Below, piece after piece: positions 24,277 through 36,280 of a DNA stretch of 64,000 nt (within the stretch, counting starts at the first letter, position 1; each line of letters begins with the position of its first letter). Below the pieces are notes generated by a model, which searched no databases, had not been told where the DNA came from, and was given only the letters and a program-made list of their open reading frames with translations. The DNA is taken from contig JAWMAR010000726.1 of NCBI GenBank assembly GCA_036785375.1, forward strand, positions 372,001 to 436,000, read 5' to 3'. The position numbers were made by a program, and so were the translations under genes. This DNA comes from Leucoraja ocellata (lineage: Eukaryota).

Positions 24277-25847
24277 CAGTGCCCTCCATAATGTTTGGGA
24301 CAAAGACCCATCATTTATTTATTTGCCTCTGTACTCCACAATTTGAGATTTGTAATAGAAAAGAATCACATGTGGTTTAAGTGCACATTGTCACATTTTA
24401 TTAAAGGCCATTTTTTATACATTTTGGTTTCACCATGAGCAGCTGTGGTTTCACAGCTGTGTTTATACATAGTCCCCCATTTCATGGCACCATGTTTGGG
24501 ACACATGGCTTCATAGGTGTTTGTAATTACTCAGGTGTGTTTAATTGCCTCCTTAATGGAGGTATAAGAGCGCTCTCGGCAACTTGTCCTTCCTCCAGTC
24601 TTTCAATCACCTTGGAAACTTTTATCGCTGTTTATCAACATGTAGACCAAAGTTGTGCCAATGAAAGTCAAAGAAGCAAATATGAGACTAAGAAACAAGA
24701 ATAAAACTGTTGGATACATCATCCAAACCTTAGGCTTACCAAAATCAACTGCAATCAAGCACAAAGGGACTGGCAGGCCAAGGAAGACCTCCACAGCTGA
24801 TGACAGACGAATTATCTCTATAATAAAGAAAAATCCCCAAACACCTGTCCGACAGATCAGAAACACTCTTCAGGAGTCAGATGTGGATTTGTCAATGACC
24901 ACTGTCCGCAGAAGACTTCATGAACAGAAAAACAGAGGCTACACTGCAAGATGCAAACCACTGATTAGCCACAAAAATAGGATGGCCGGGTTACAGTTTG
25001 CCAAGAAGTACTTAAAAGAGCAACAACTGCTTTGGAAAAAGATCTTGCGGACAGATGAGCCAAAGATTAACTTATATCAGAGGGATGGCAAGAGCAAAGT
25101 ATGGAGGAGAGAAGAACTGCCCAAGATGCAAAGCATACCACCTCATCTGTGAAACACGGTGGTGGGGGTGTTATGGCCTGGGCATGTATGGCTGCTGAAG
25201 GTAGTAGCTTAATTAATTCTGAAGTGTATCCTATTCTATCTGCTCAAGTTCAAACAAAAAAACTAATTGGCTGGCGGTTCATTCTACAGCAAGACAACGA
25301 TCCCAAACATACTGCTGAAACAACAAAAGAGTTTTTCAAAACTTAAAAAATGGTAAATTCTTGAGTGGCCAAAGTCAATCACCTGATCTGAACCCAATTG
25401 AGCATGCCTTTTATATGCTGAAGAGAAAACTGAAGGGGACTAGCCCCCAAAACAAGCATAAGCTAAAGATGGCTGCAATACAGGCCTGGCAGAGAATCAC
25501 CAGAGAAGATGATGATCACAACTGGTGATGTCCATGAATCGCAGACTTCAAGCAGTCATTGCATGCAAAGGATATGCAACAAAATACTAAACATGATTAC
25601 TTTCATTTACATGACATTGCAGTGTCCCAAACATTATGGTGCCCTGAAATGGGGGGGGGGACTATGTATAAACACTACTGTAATTTCTGCATGGTGAAAC
25701 CAAAATGTTTAAAAATGTCCTTTATTAAATTCTGACAATGTGCACTTTAACCACATGTGATTTTTTTCTATTACAAATCTCAAATTGTGGAGTAGAGGCA
25801 AATAAATAAATGATGGGTCTTTGTCCCAAACATTATGGAGGGTACTG
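24277..25847 (+). mobile_element. Full-length decayed Tc1 transposon of IR/DR type (1571 bp)
   Basis: ~230-bp TIRs starting CAGTGCCCTCCATAATGTTTGGGACAAAGACCC, with an inner direct repeat. TA follows the right end. Frameshifted transposase with GRPRK, TDEPK, QQDNDPKH and PDLNPIE motifs. Confidence 0.95.
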
Positions 25848-25867
25848 TACAAATACACACACACACA

Positions 25868-26240
25868 CAGTAAACCCTCACAATAACAGATCACGGGGGG
25901 GGGGGGGAGAGAGAAGACGATGATGTTATTGCTGATTGTGAGCTATAACCAAGTGAGGGGGGTAAAGTTTAACACAAGGCCAGGAAGACAGATAAGCAAC
26001 GTAATGGGTGGGGTTTAAACAAGCAGGAATTCAAAGGTCCGGGAGCTGCAGAGCCCACAAGCGGTGCTCCAGGGATGGGTCTGTTACTCACGCCGCCTTC
26101 ATGCTGCTCACTCTCTCCGTTCCCGCAACAGGAAGTATGCCACGTGACGCCAACTTGTCGAGGTCGGGTGCAACAGGAGCCTCGGTCCACTATAACCGAG
26201 ATCTGCTATATAGAGGTCCGTTATAGAGGGGGCTTACTGT
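25868..26240. mobile_element. Tigger/pogo-like MITE
   Basis: CAGTAAACCCTC..ATAAC / GTTATAGAGGGGGCTTACTG-TA. Confidence 0.6.
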
Positions 26241-26295
26241 ATATACACATACCAACACACACCTCATCCCATTATAGCCATTTTACTATACCTAC

Positions 26296-26483
26296 CATGT
26301 CTGTACCATATACTGGAGAGGTCATTTTTATTTCCCAAAAGTGCTGTCCCTCACTCATTTCCTTGTCTCCACGAACAGCTGCAGTTCCACAACTGTAATC
26401 CATGTGGAAATTCACTTCTCTGTTCTCACAGCTCAACAGTGTGTTAGAAGACTTGGTTGAATCATCCCACATCCATTCAAAAT
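26296..26483 (-). CDS. SPSB3: SPSB3 coding exon
   Basis: (Y)[62 protein letters not shown], with ctgcAG acceptor and GTAGGT donor. Confidence 0.95.
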
Positions 26484-26669
26484 CTGCAGGGAGGACTTGT
26501 TTTTAAACTTAAGATAAGCAATAACAGTCATATTTTACTGGAGCTGACATTACTTGCAGCAAATCAGACCCGTTTACCCACATTTGCCTTTGTTACAATA
26601 CACACAAAGAGGTTCAGTGAGATCTATTAATGATTTGATTACGCTCATGCTGAAGAACCTGTTGAAAGC

Positions 26670-27435
26670 CTAACAACACCATACACCTCTGCACATCGAT
26701 GGAGCTGATGTGGAAAGGGTCAGCAGCGTGAAGTTCCTAGGACTCCACCTGTCAGATGACGTGACGTCCACGACCAACATCACAGCACTGGTCAAGAGAG
26801 CCCAGCAGCGACTACACCCTCTCCGAAGACTACGTAAAGCAGGTCTCCCCACTACACACCTACGAACTTTTTATAGGGGGTCAATCGAGAGCACATTAAC
26901 CTACGGCATCACTTCCTGGTTCGGGAGCTGCAAGGCGTACGAACGGCACCAACTAGACAGGATTGTGAAGACCGCCAGCAGGATTATTGGTGCTCCACTC
27001 CCTTTCCTGCTGGACATATACAGGAAGAGATGTATCAGCAGAGCCATCTCCATCATCAAAGATCCCTACCACCCATCGCATCACATATTCTCCATCCTGC
27101 CATCTGGGAAGAGGTACAGGAGCATTAGCTGCAAAACCAGCAGGATGTTCCTCAACTTCTTCCCGCAGGCTATAAGACTGCTAAACGGACTTTGCCCCCT
27201 GCCAAAGTATCGCGCACCAACCACCAACCTGGACACACTGCAGCAGAGCCACTGTCGTGCCGCTGCCGATCGGAACGCCTGTTGATGTCTAGTAGAGTGT
27301 TAATTTGTTCATGATATATGTATTTTTATTTCTATTTATTTTTAATGCACACTGAATGGACACTGGTTGAGCAACGTTTTTTTGTTTCCTCTGGGTATGT
27401 GAATACTCAGGAAATGACAATAAAGATATACAATA
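26670..27435 (+). mobile_element. Rex1/Babar- or L2-type LINE 3' end with an open C-terminal ORF
   Basis: 191-aa ORF ERVSSVKFLGLHL..KRAQQRLHPLRRLRK..LPSGKRYRS..FFPQAIRLLN, and tail AATGACAATAAAG. Confidence 0.88.
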
Positions 27436-27484
27436 GATGTGATGCATGTAGTTCCCCACAGCTAGAAAATAATCAAGAGTTATT

Positions 27485-27775
27485 TTAGTTTAGGTTAGAG
27501 GTGCAGCATAGAAAGAGTCCCTTCTGCCCATCGAGTTCATGCTGACCATCGACCACCTGTACACTAGTTCTATGTTGTCCCACTTTCGCATTCTACACAC
27601 TAGGAGCAACTAGAAGCCAATTAACCAACAAACATGTACGTCTTGGGAATGAGGGAAGAAACTGGTGCACCTGAAGAAAACACACGTGGACACAGGGAGA
27701 ACGGACAAATTGCATCCATAGTCATGATCGAACCTCCGTCCGATGCTGTGAGACGGCAGCTCTACCACTGTGCCA
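27485..27775 (-). mobile_element. tRNA-derived SINE
   Basis: Reverse complement of the HE1-like consensus. Confidence 0.75.
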
Positions 27776-28776
27776 GTTATGGTGGCGCAGATAATAGAAC
27801 AACATTTAAGTTCTTTTAAATTACCACACAATTCTTCATTTGCATTCTTTTGATTTAAATATGAAAAACCTACAGTGGCTATATAACAATTATTGCAGGA
27901 GTAACTCAGCGGGTCAGACGGCACCTCTGAAGAACATGGATAGGTGGCTTTTTGGGTCAGGACCCTTCAGACTTGCTGAGTTACTCCAGCACCATGCTGC
28001 CTGACCCTTGGAGTTTCTCCAACACGTTCTGACATTTTGTGTAAACCAGCATCTTCAATTCCTTGTTTCTACAATTTAGTTTCTAAATCATTGCAGGTTC
28101 TTCAGTTTGAGTGCAATTAAGGCAGAATAAGATTGTGCAGATCTTATAAATGGCTAATAAAGTAAACAGAGCAAAAATAGATGGCAATAAATTTAGATTT
28201 CCTGCACAATAACACAGCAGGAAAGATGGTGAAAATGTACAAGGGCAAAAAGCTTGCAGAGTAAAAAAACACACATACAGACCAGCATCAGAGTCCTTTC
28301 AAAACCTTTTACAATAATGACTGAAGTGTAATCTTTTAAAATATCATTATTAGCCGAAGACAAATTCAGGCTATTTGTCATCAGCTTTATTATTAACAAT
28401 AGCTAAATGAGATTTAAAGTGTATCTTAGGATGTAGGTTTATTAATGTTGCATGTACTGAGGTACAGGGAAAAGCTTTGCATGCTATCTGAGTAAATCAG
28501 ATGATACTATACATAAATATAACCAAGCCAAACTCAAGTACAACTGATAGAGTGAAGTAAAAAATAGAGTCCAACGGAACAACCCATCTCTGCAGGTATC
28601 TTCTGTTGTGAATATTTCTTATGGATGGAAGCATGTGGTATCCTGGGAGGACCTGTAGTCCAAAGAATCTGCTAGTCTAGAACCGAAAACCCTGAAGTGC
28701 TGGATTATCAGTTTTTACTATGCATCCTTAAATAATCTGCAATCCAACAAAAGAGATGACAGCAAATGAAACTTAC

Positions 28777-28951
28777 ATTCATCTTTTTCTCCACAGTGAC
28801 AATCTTTCATACGATGAAAACTGCGCATGCTCCTGCAGTATCTGGTGTCATTTTGGCTTACACAGCCACAGTACGATTCCCCTGTCACTGGTAATGCTGT
28901 TGGTATTGATGGCGGCAAGTGGAATTCTGGCTCAGAATCAGAATCACTGTG
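28777..28951 (-). CDS. SPSB3: SPSB3 coding exon
   Basis: [30 protein letters not shown]...DCHCGEKDE, with aaAG acceptor and GTAAGT donor. Confidence 0.95.
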
Positions 28952-29228
28952 CTTTAAGAGATGAAAATAAAAATCCACTTCAAACAACATTGTAAAACAA
29001 AATGAATTGCTCACTTGCAAAAACAAAAGCTTAGCTTCAAAGGAGTAGAATCAAGAGGGCAACTGAAAAATAATTTTTTGATCAAGTATACACAATTTGA
29101 AAAATGCAGCCCAGGCTCCTCAGTGTTGTTCTACAATATTGAAATGAACAACTTGTATATTACTGCGATGATCAGCTCTTGTGCACTAATCTACAGACTG
29201 AACTTGTCTAAACTAATAGACTAATCGC

Positions 29229-30218
29229 CCGGAAGTGGCAGCGCTGCCCTAGCAGCTGCGGCTCGCCTGTAGTCGGTCTGTTTTTTTCTTTTTTTGTTGT
29301 TTTCTTGTCTTGTTTTAGTTAGTAAATTTTAGTTTATTAGGTTGTGTATGTGTGTGCGGGGAGGGGGTGGGAGAAACTTGTTTTAGTCTCTTCCTTCGGG
29401 GGAATGCAACCTTTTCTTGTCGTATCCCCCGTCTCCGTCTGCGCTGAGACCTAATGGCGGAGCTGGCAGCCTCCAACTGGGACCGACCTCGAGGCTCCGG
29501 AGGCACAGCCAGCTGGGACTTACCAGCGCGAGGCTGGCCAACTTCGAGACTGTGGTGAAATTCCGGCTTTGGGGCTGTGGCGGCGCAAGCGACCCGACTT
29601 CGAGGCTGTGGTGGCGGCGACCCGACTTCGGTGCCTCGGAGGATCAGCCGCGGGCCCAGTGGGCGACATCGTCGGGAGCTCGCAGGTCACAGGTTGATGA
29701 ACTGTTTTTCCGGAGCTCCCGCACCAACAGCTTCGTCCGCTAAACTGGAGGGTGGCAGCTTCGACCGCCCCAGGCCGTGGAGTTTGAACCGGCCCGTTCG
29801 CGGAGCTCGGATTCAGCCGCGGGACTGACTTCAGTTTCAGATTCAACTTTAATTGTCATTGTCAGTGTACAGTACAGAGACAACGAAATGCAGTTAGCAT
29901 CTCCCTGGAAGAGCGACATAGAATATGATTTCAATAAATAAATCTTTACTAACCATCACCCGGCGGGGTCACAGCATCAGAAGCCTGGATCGCCTCCGAG
30001 CAGAGGGAGAACAAGGAGGGAAGAGACAAAGACTTTAAGACTTTTGTCTTCCAGCACAGTGAGGAGGTGCCTGGTGAACTCACTGTGGTGGATGTTAAAT
30101 TTGTGTTTATTTGGGGTTTTTGTTATTTTATTATAAGTATGACTGCAAGGCACAACATTTACTTCAGATCGGAAGGTCTGAATGACAATAAAGGATACTT
30201 TACTTTACTTACTTTACT
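29229..30218 (+). mobile_element. GC-rich non-autonomous retroelement with a LINE-type tail; nested LINE tail at 29831-29950
   Basis: Starts CCGGAAGTGGCAGCGC and ends GAATGACAATAAAG + (TTACT)n. Homologous reverse copy at 33712-34431. Confidence 0.7.
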
Positions 30219-30664
30219 ACTAATGTTCAAAAGATGGGCACAAAGAAAAAAAAGGCATAAAAATATTAAATATAGATTGAATGAAATAATTTTTACTATG
30301 CTTTTCATTGCTCCAGTTGATAAATAAGGCACCTCTTAATTACACCCATTACAGAAACATCTGAAATTTGCAAAGGGCAAAAATATATTTTTTAATTATA
30401 TGTGTTGCACCGTGACCAAATTTGGTACCACAAAACCAAAATTAACCGAGACCAAAATGATGATATTCAATACTACTAGTCTATTTCCGGTCAAGGTACA
30501 CGTGTCATTTTAGTTTCTTCTGGACAAGAATACAATGCCTTCTTTCTCCCCATTGATTGCGTGACATGTTGAGAATCTCCAGCATTTTGCTGCTATTTCA
30601 GATTTCCAACATCTGCTGCATACTGATGGGAAACAGGGAACAAGATTGTATTTTATTGACTTAC

Positions 30665-30796
30665 CTGACCATCCGAGTCATAGCCAGGGTTAGGACCTGC
30701 TGAACCTTCGGGCAATACCACTGCCACAGTATCAGCTTCTCGAACACCACTGTACACATACCGCCAGGCACGATTATTTCTGTTACTCCGTGACAT
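30665..30796 (-). CDS. SPSB3: SPSB3 first coding exon (ATG at 30796; exon begins at 30802)
   Basis: MSRSNRNNRAWRYVYSGVREADTVAVVLPEGSAGPNPGYDSDGQ|GTAAGT. Resembles human MARRPRNSRAW...GYDSDGQ. The joined CDS is 1074 nt. Confidence 0.93.
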
Positions 30797-30922
30797 GTTT
30801 TCCTAAAATTTGCTCTGTAATGAGAAATGTACAATAGGTTAGCCAAGTGCTGGACAGTTTTTATGCATTTCAAAAAAGTAATTTTTTAAAAAAATGTCAA
30901 GGTAAACAACCATCCAATTGTG

Positions 30923-31138
30923 GACACAAGATGCTGGAAAAAGTCAGCACGTTGGACAGCATCTCTGGAGAACATTGATAGGCAACGTTTCGGATCGGGA
31001 CTCTTCAGACTGATTGTAAGGGGGGTACCCGAAATGTTACCTGTCCATGTTTGCCAAAAATACTGCCTGACCCGCTGAATTACTTCAGTAATTTGTGTCC
31101 CTTTTTGTAAACCAGCAAGTGCAGTTTCTTGTTTCTAA
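30923..31138. mobile_element. Fold-back Penelope-LTR-derived element
   Basis: Inverted arms, with a 15-bp duplication AACCATCCAATTGTG at 30908-30922 and 31139-31153. Confidence 0.8.
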
Positions 31139-31459
31139 AACCATCCAATTGTGCTGTTTTGATGAAATACTTTCTGTGGCCACTGTACACGGAGCAGAAG
31201 TTAGGGTACAATTACAATTCAAAGCCTGAAGAATTGTCAAATTAAGTATTTGGTTACTTATATGCCAGATTTCAGTTGCACTGGACATTACATCATCTTT
31301 TCTCTTTTTAAATCGTAAACCTTTCCCACTTGATTCAAGGCAGGTGAATGACGCTCAAGTGCCAGTTGGAACCAAGTCTATTTTTACACAAAGTGCTGGA
31401 GGAACACAAGAGTGCCAGGCAGCATCTCTGCAGGACATGGATAGGCGTGCGGAGAGAGA

Positions 31460-31990
31460 TGGAGGGGAGGGGGTGGGGAGAGGGGAGGGGGGGGAAGAGG
31501 GGAGGGGGGGAAGAGGGGAGGGGGGGGAAGAGGGGAGGGGGGGGAAGAGGGGAGGGGGGGGAAGAGGGGAGGGGGGGGAAGAGGGGAGGGGGGGAAGAGG
31601 GGAGGGGGGGAAGAGGGGGGGGGGAGAGGGGAGGGTGGGGAAGAGGGGAGGGGGGGAAGAGGGGAGGGGGGGAAGAGGGGAGGGGGGGAAGAGGGGAGGG
31701 GGGAAGAGGGGAGGGGGGGAAGAGGGGAGCGGGGAAGAGGGGAGGAGGGGAAGGGGGGAAGAGGGGAGACGAGGGGAGAGCAGAGGAGGCGGAGACTCGA
31801 GGCGTGCAGAGAGAAGGAGGGGAGGGGGTGGGGAGAGGGGAGGGGGGGAAAGAGGGGAGGGGGGGAAGAGGGGGGGGGGGATAGAGGGGATAGAAGGGAG
31901 TGGGGGACAGGGGGAGTGGGGGAGAGAGGGGAGGGGGGAGAGAGGGGGAGGGGGGAGATGAGGGGAGGGCAGAGGAGGTGGAGACTCGAT
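31460..31990. repeat. Homopurine G-rich tandem repeat, ~(GGGGAGGGGGGGAAGA)n
   Basis: Direct reading: almost purely G and A over ~500 bp. Confidence 0.95.
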
Positions 31991-32149
31991 CAAAGGTTCC
32001 AGGTCAGTGTGGTGCACCAGTGCGGGAGCTGATCACGGGTCACCCTCACCGGGGGGGGGGGGGGGGGGGGAAGACCGCTACCTAGTTACCCTGCCACCAA
32101 CTAGGTCCCCCCTCCGCTCCACACAACTTGCCTTTGCAAACACAGGTGC

Positions 32150-32397
32150 AGTGGCACGGTGGCGCAGCAGTAGAGTCACTGCCTCACAGTGCCAGAAACC
32201 CAGGTTCCATCCTGACTACAGATGCTGTCTGTACAGAGTTTGTACCTGCGTAGGTTTTCTCCGGGTGCTATGGATTCCTCCTACTCCACGTTTGCAGGTT
32301 AATTGAGTTTGTCCCGAGTGTGTGCAACATAGTGCTAGTGCGTAAGGGCATCGCTTCGATGGGCCGAAGGGCCTGTTTCCACGCTGTATCTCTAAAC
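32150..32397 (+). mobile_element. tRNA-derived SINE
   Basis: GGCACGGTGGCGCAGCAGTAGAG head and GGGCCGAAGGGCCTGTTTCC tail. Confidence 0.8.
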
Positions 32398-32454
32398 CTG
32401 CGCTACCACAGAACCCGCTAAATAGCCCGCAGCACAGAACGTGTTAAGAGCTTG

Positions 32455-32521
32455 CTGCGGGCCGGATAAAATGTCATGGTGGGCCAGATGTGGCCCGCGG
32501 GCCATAGTTTGGAGACCCCTG
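32455..32521. mobile_element. hAT (Charlie-like) terminus
   Basis: GCGGGCCGGAT...GGCCCGCGGGCCATAGTTTGGAGACCCCTG is a typical Charlie-family end. Confidence 0.65.
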
Positions 32522-32529
32522 TTCCATGG

Positions 32530-32975
32530 GTAAGCCAGTTCAGAATCCAAACTACCAAATTACTGTCCATCCCATGTATTTAAATCTTCTGGCCTACCAT
32601 GAGGGACCATCAAATGCCTTACTATAATCCCCATATACAGCATTCACTGCCCATCAATCACTATTTTCTCCTTCTGAAAAACCTCAATTAAGTTAGTATG
32701 ACACGGAATGCCTTGGGCAAAGCCATGCTGGCTGACCATAACGATCCCATTTTCTCCGAAGTGCAAGTAAATCACGTCTCGAAGAATAGCTCTCCATGGC
32801 ATCCCTATCGCCGACATGAGGTTTACCAGCCTATAATTCCCCAGATTATCTCTACTTCCCTTAAACAAATAAATATTGGTCATTGTCCAGGACCTCGCCT
32901 GTGGCTAGAGAGGTTACAAAGATCTTCTCAGTGCTCCCTCAATCTCCTTTCTTGCCTCTCTCAAAACCTGGGATA
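32530..32975 (-). mobile_element. CR1 RT-domain fragment
   Basis: FKGSRDNLGNYRLVNL..SQHGF..CHTNLIE. Confidence 0.8.
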
Positions 32976-33149
32976 GATCCAATTAGGGTCTGATCCCAAA
33001 ACAAATCAAGGCATTTCACCAAATAATAGTAAATTGTTTAAAACATTGTTCAGATTTTGAATAAAAGTTAAATGAAAGAACAAAATATTAACCTTCTATG
33101 TAATAACGCCTTCATAATGCATTGCATATCTAATTTGTGTCTTTAAGAT

Positions 33150-33420
33150 CATATGACAAGATTCATCGTTTCATGGTATTTCAACGATTGCATTCGATCC
33201 AATTTGTGATTCCAGCTACCAAGACAGATGTGTACTGCAATTCGTTCTTCCCCCGCACAATTAAAGCATGGAATAATCTCCACCCTACTATAGTTACCTA
33301 ACCACATGCAACTAACTTTAAGGTAGCTCTTTCTTCCCAATAACCATTTCAGGCTGAAGTCCTCCCTCCACCACCTCCAATTTAAATTCCATGTGGAATA
33401 TTTTGGAGGACCAAGAACGA
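33150..33420 (+). mobile_element. 3' end of a divergent CR1/L2-group LINE
   Basis: HSIQFVIPATKTDVYCNSFFPRTIKAWNNL..FKVAL. Confidence 0.6.
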
Positions 33421-33631
33421 TAAATAAAACTATGTAAACAAGCTGATATCAGTACATCAAAAGATTAAGGTTAACAATATCCACCAATGTATCCTGACAT
33501 TAAAATTGACATCTTAAGTATTCAGGTAACTGATGTCACTAAGCTACGTGCTCGTGTTTTGGGGATGAAGTTTAGATTTGGGAGAAACATGAAACAAGAC
33601 AGGGAGAAGCTAAGGCATTATGGGCCAGTTA

Positions 33632-34658
33632 TGGGGCTGTCCCATTGTAGAAGCTCATTCAAGAGCTCTCCTGAGTTTAAAAAAAAAACAAACTCGTGGT
33701 AAGCACGTAGATTTGGTTTGATTCAATTTATTGTCATTGCACTTTTCAGTGCAACAAAATGGTTTAGCCTGCAGTCATAACATAGAATAAATAACAAACA
33801 CTCAACACAGTTTAAAGTCCCAAAGTCATTGTCTCTTCCCTCCTTGCTCTCCTTCTGCGCTGAGGCAATCCAAGCCTCCGATGTTGTGACCCCGCCGAGT
33901 GATGGTAAGTCCCGCGGCTGAATCCGAGCTCCGCAAACGGGCCGGTTCAAACTCCGCGGCCCGGGGCGGTCAAAGCTGCCATCCTCCAGTCCAGAGGACG
34001 CAGCTGTAGTTGCGGGAGCTCCGGAAAATTCGAGCTCCCGATGATGTCGTCCACTGGCCCGCAACCGAGCCTCCGAGGCTCCAAAGTCGGGTCGCCACCA
34101 CCACCGCAACGCCACTACAGCCCCGAAGTCGGCCAGCCTCGCGTTGGTAAGTCCTGGCTCTGCCTCCGCAGCCTCGAGGTCGGTCGGTCGCAGTTGGAGG
34201 CCGCCAGCTCCGCGATAGGCCTCAGCGCAGATGGACACGGAGACGGGGGATACGGCAGGAAAGGTCGCACCCCACCCCCCCTCGAAGAAAGAGCCATAAA
34301 ACATGTTACACCCATCCCCCAACACATACATAAACAAATAAACCAAAATAAACTGTAAAAACGGAACAAAAGAAAACAAAAAACAGAAAAGACAAACGGA
34401 CTGCAGGCGAGCCGCAGCTGCAAGGCAGCCACAACGTACGTAACGGGTTTGTCAGAGCTCGGAAGGTCTCTTAGTGGTTCATAACGCTAACGGCAGGTAC
34501 TCGGGAAACGAGGTAAGCTCGGGAAGACTTTTCAACATGTTGATAAATGTCCACAAGAGCCCCGAATACCTACGAGCGGCCATTACCGTAAATCTCCGAG
34601 TTTGAATCAGGGCAAACTCAGAGGAACTGTTGAATGAACTCGTAGTGGGACAGGGCCA
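33632..34658. mobile_element. Harbinger MITE interrupted by a GC-rich retroelement (33712-34431, minus)
   Basis: GGGGCTGTCCCA / TGGGACAGGGCC ends. The body is homologous to 63101-63447 on both sides of the insert. Confidence 0.8.
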
Positions 34659-34791
34659 TTCGTCCTCAATTGCTACTGGGACTTATAGAATTCCCTTCTA
34701 AGTCACGAAAAGTCACCTATCCACGTTTTCTAGAGATGCTGCCAGACCTGCTGAATTACTCCTTTTAGAATTTAATATAGAATGAAAATTG

Positions 34792-36280
34792 ATATTACTA
34801 AAAGTCTGATCTTGACCACTTCCTATTGTTCTGTATATTGATTTTAGAAAAAACGCTGCCACTTACAGCTTTAATATTTGGCCATCTTACTCAGTCCCCC
34901 TCCGCTGCGCAGGGCATGAGGATTTTTCCCATCGATGAAAAATAAGAGTTATTAGTGTTTAAAAAATGTTGAGATTCGCTCTCCTGAAGGCCATGCCCCT
35001 TCCGGAGGGATTATACAACCTTGAAGTGTTGAGTGCCTCAGTCAGTCTCTGCAAGATGGGGGAAGCGAGAGGGTCACGTCTCTTAGTCTGAGCTGTGAAT
35101 AGCACTGAACACATATCTACTAAACTGTGAATGTGGTTTTACTGCCCTTAAAGGATGCCCCAGTAAAGGGCATCCTTTACTGCCCCAGGACTACTGCCCA
35201 TAATGTGGTTTGCAAATGAAAATATGGTTGGTTTGAAATAAAGCACAGCAAATGGCTGGAAGTCTAAACTTGACACTGTTTGCACACTATATTGATCTTA
35301 GATAAAACGCTACCACTTACGGCTGTGATTTTTGGCCATCTTACTCAGTCGCCCTCCGCTCATGAGGTGCAGAGGATTCTTCCCATCAATGAAAAATAAG
35401 TGCTATTAGTGTTTAAAAAATGCTGAGAATCTCTCTCCTGTCAATCATGCCATGAAGGCCACACCCCTTCCCGTGGAAGGATTATAAAACCCAGAAGTAT
35501 GGGTGTGGCTCAGTCTCTGCAAGATGGGGGAGGGAGCGGTCACGACTCTGTCTGAGCTGTGAATCAACTGAACACACTGAATGTCTACTGAACTGTGAGT
35601 GTGGTGTTTATGTGGTGTTTTTATGGTGGTTTCACCCGGCATGAAATGGTATGAAACTGCATTTGAATGTGGTGGCCTTGCACCTGGCATGAAATGGTCT
35701 GAAACTGCATTTGAATTTAGTGGCCTTGCACCCGGCATGAAATGGTCTGAAACTGCATTTGAATTTAGTGACCTTGCACCCTGCATGAAATGGTATGAAA
35801 CTGCATTTGAATTTGGTGGCCTTGCACCCTGCTTGAAGTGGTACGAAGCTGCACTTGAATTTGTTGGGCTTGCACCCTGCTTGAAGTGGTATGAAACTAC
35901 ACTTGAATTTGTTGGCCTTGCACCCTGCTTGAAGTGGTATGAAACTGCACTTAAATTCGGTGGCCATGCACACTGCTTGAAGTGGTATGAAACTGCACTT
36001 GAATTTGGTGGCCTTGCACCCTGCTTGAAATGGAATTTTAAGGAATAGCCGTGAGTCAACTGCCAGCCCACCAGCCGTGACCAGCCCACATCAGGCTTGA
36101 GTGACTAAGCTACCACCCCATGAATCCATTTGACCCACAATGTCCATACTAGCCCTTTGGAAACCAGTCCCTTCAACCCACAACGCCCATACTAGCGCTC
36201 CAGAAAGCCACCACCCCACTGGCCACCAATATTGGAATTGGTGGAGAGGTGGAATATTGCTTTGGGGGACCAGCCCTCCC
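34792..36280 (+). mobile_element. Non-autonomous Helitron-family element, 3'-truncated, with internal duplication
   Basis: Starts ATATTACTAAAAGTCTGAT like the two complete copies. A ~300-bp block is duplicated (34830-35140 and 35290-35610). Stops at CCAGCCCTCCC, just before the terminal hairpin seen in the 54267 copy. Confidence 0.7.
35641..36035. repeat. 48-bp minisatellite x ~8 inside the Helitron
   Basis: Unit TGAAATGGTATGAAACTGCATTTGAATTTGGTGGCCTTGCACCCTGCT. Confidence 0.95.

Noticed and set aside
31344-32017. Gly/Arg/Glu-rich and Pro-rich ORFs
   Set aside because: Low-complexity purine tract.
35445-36089. ORFs with 16-aa repeats, or a CRISPR-like array
   Set aside because: A head-to-tail 48-bp minisatellite with no unique spacers, inside a Helitron in a vertebrate intron.
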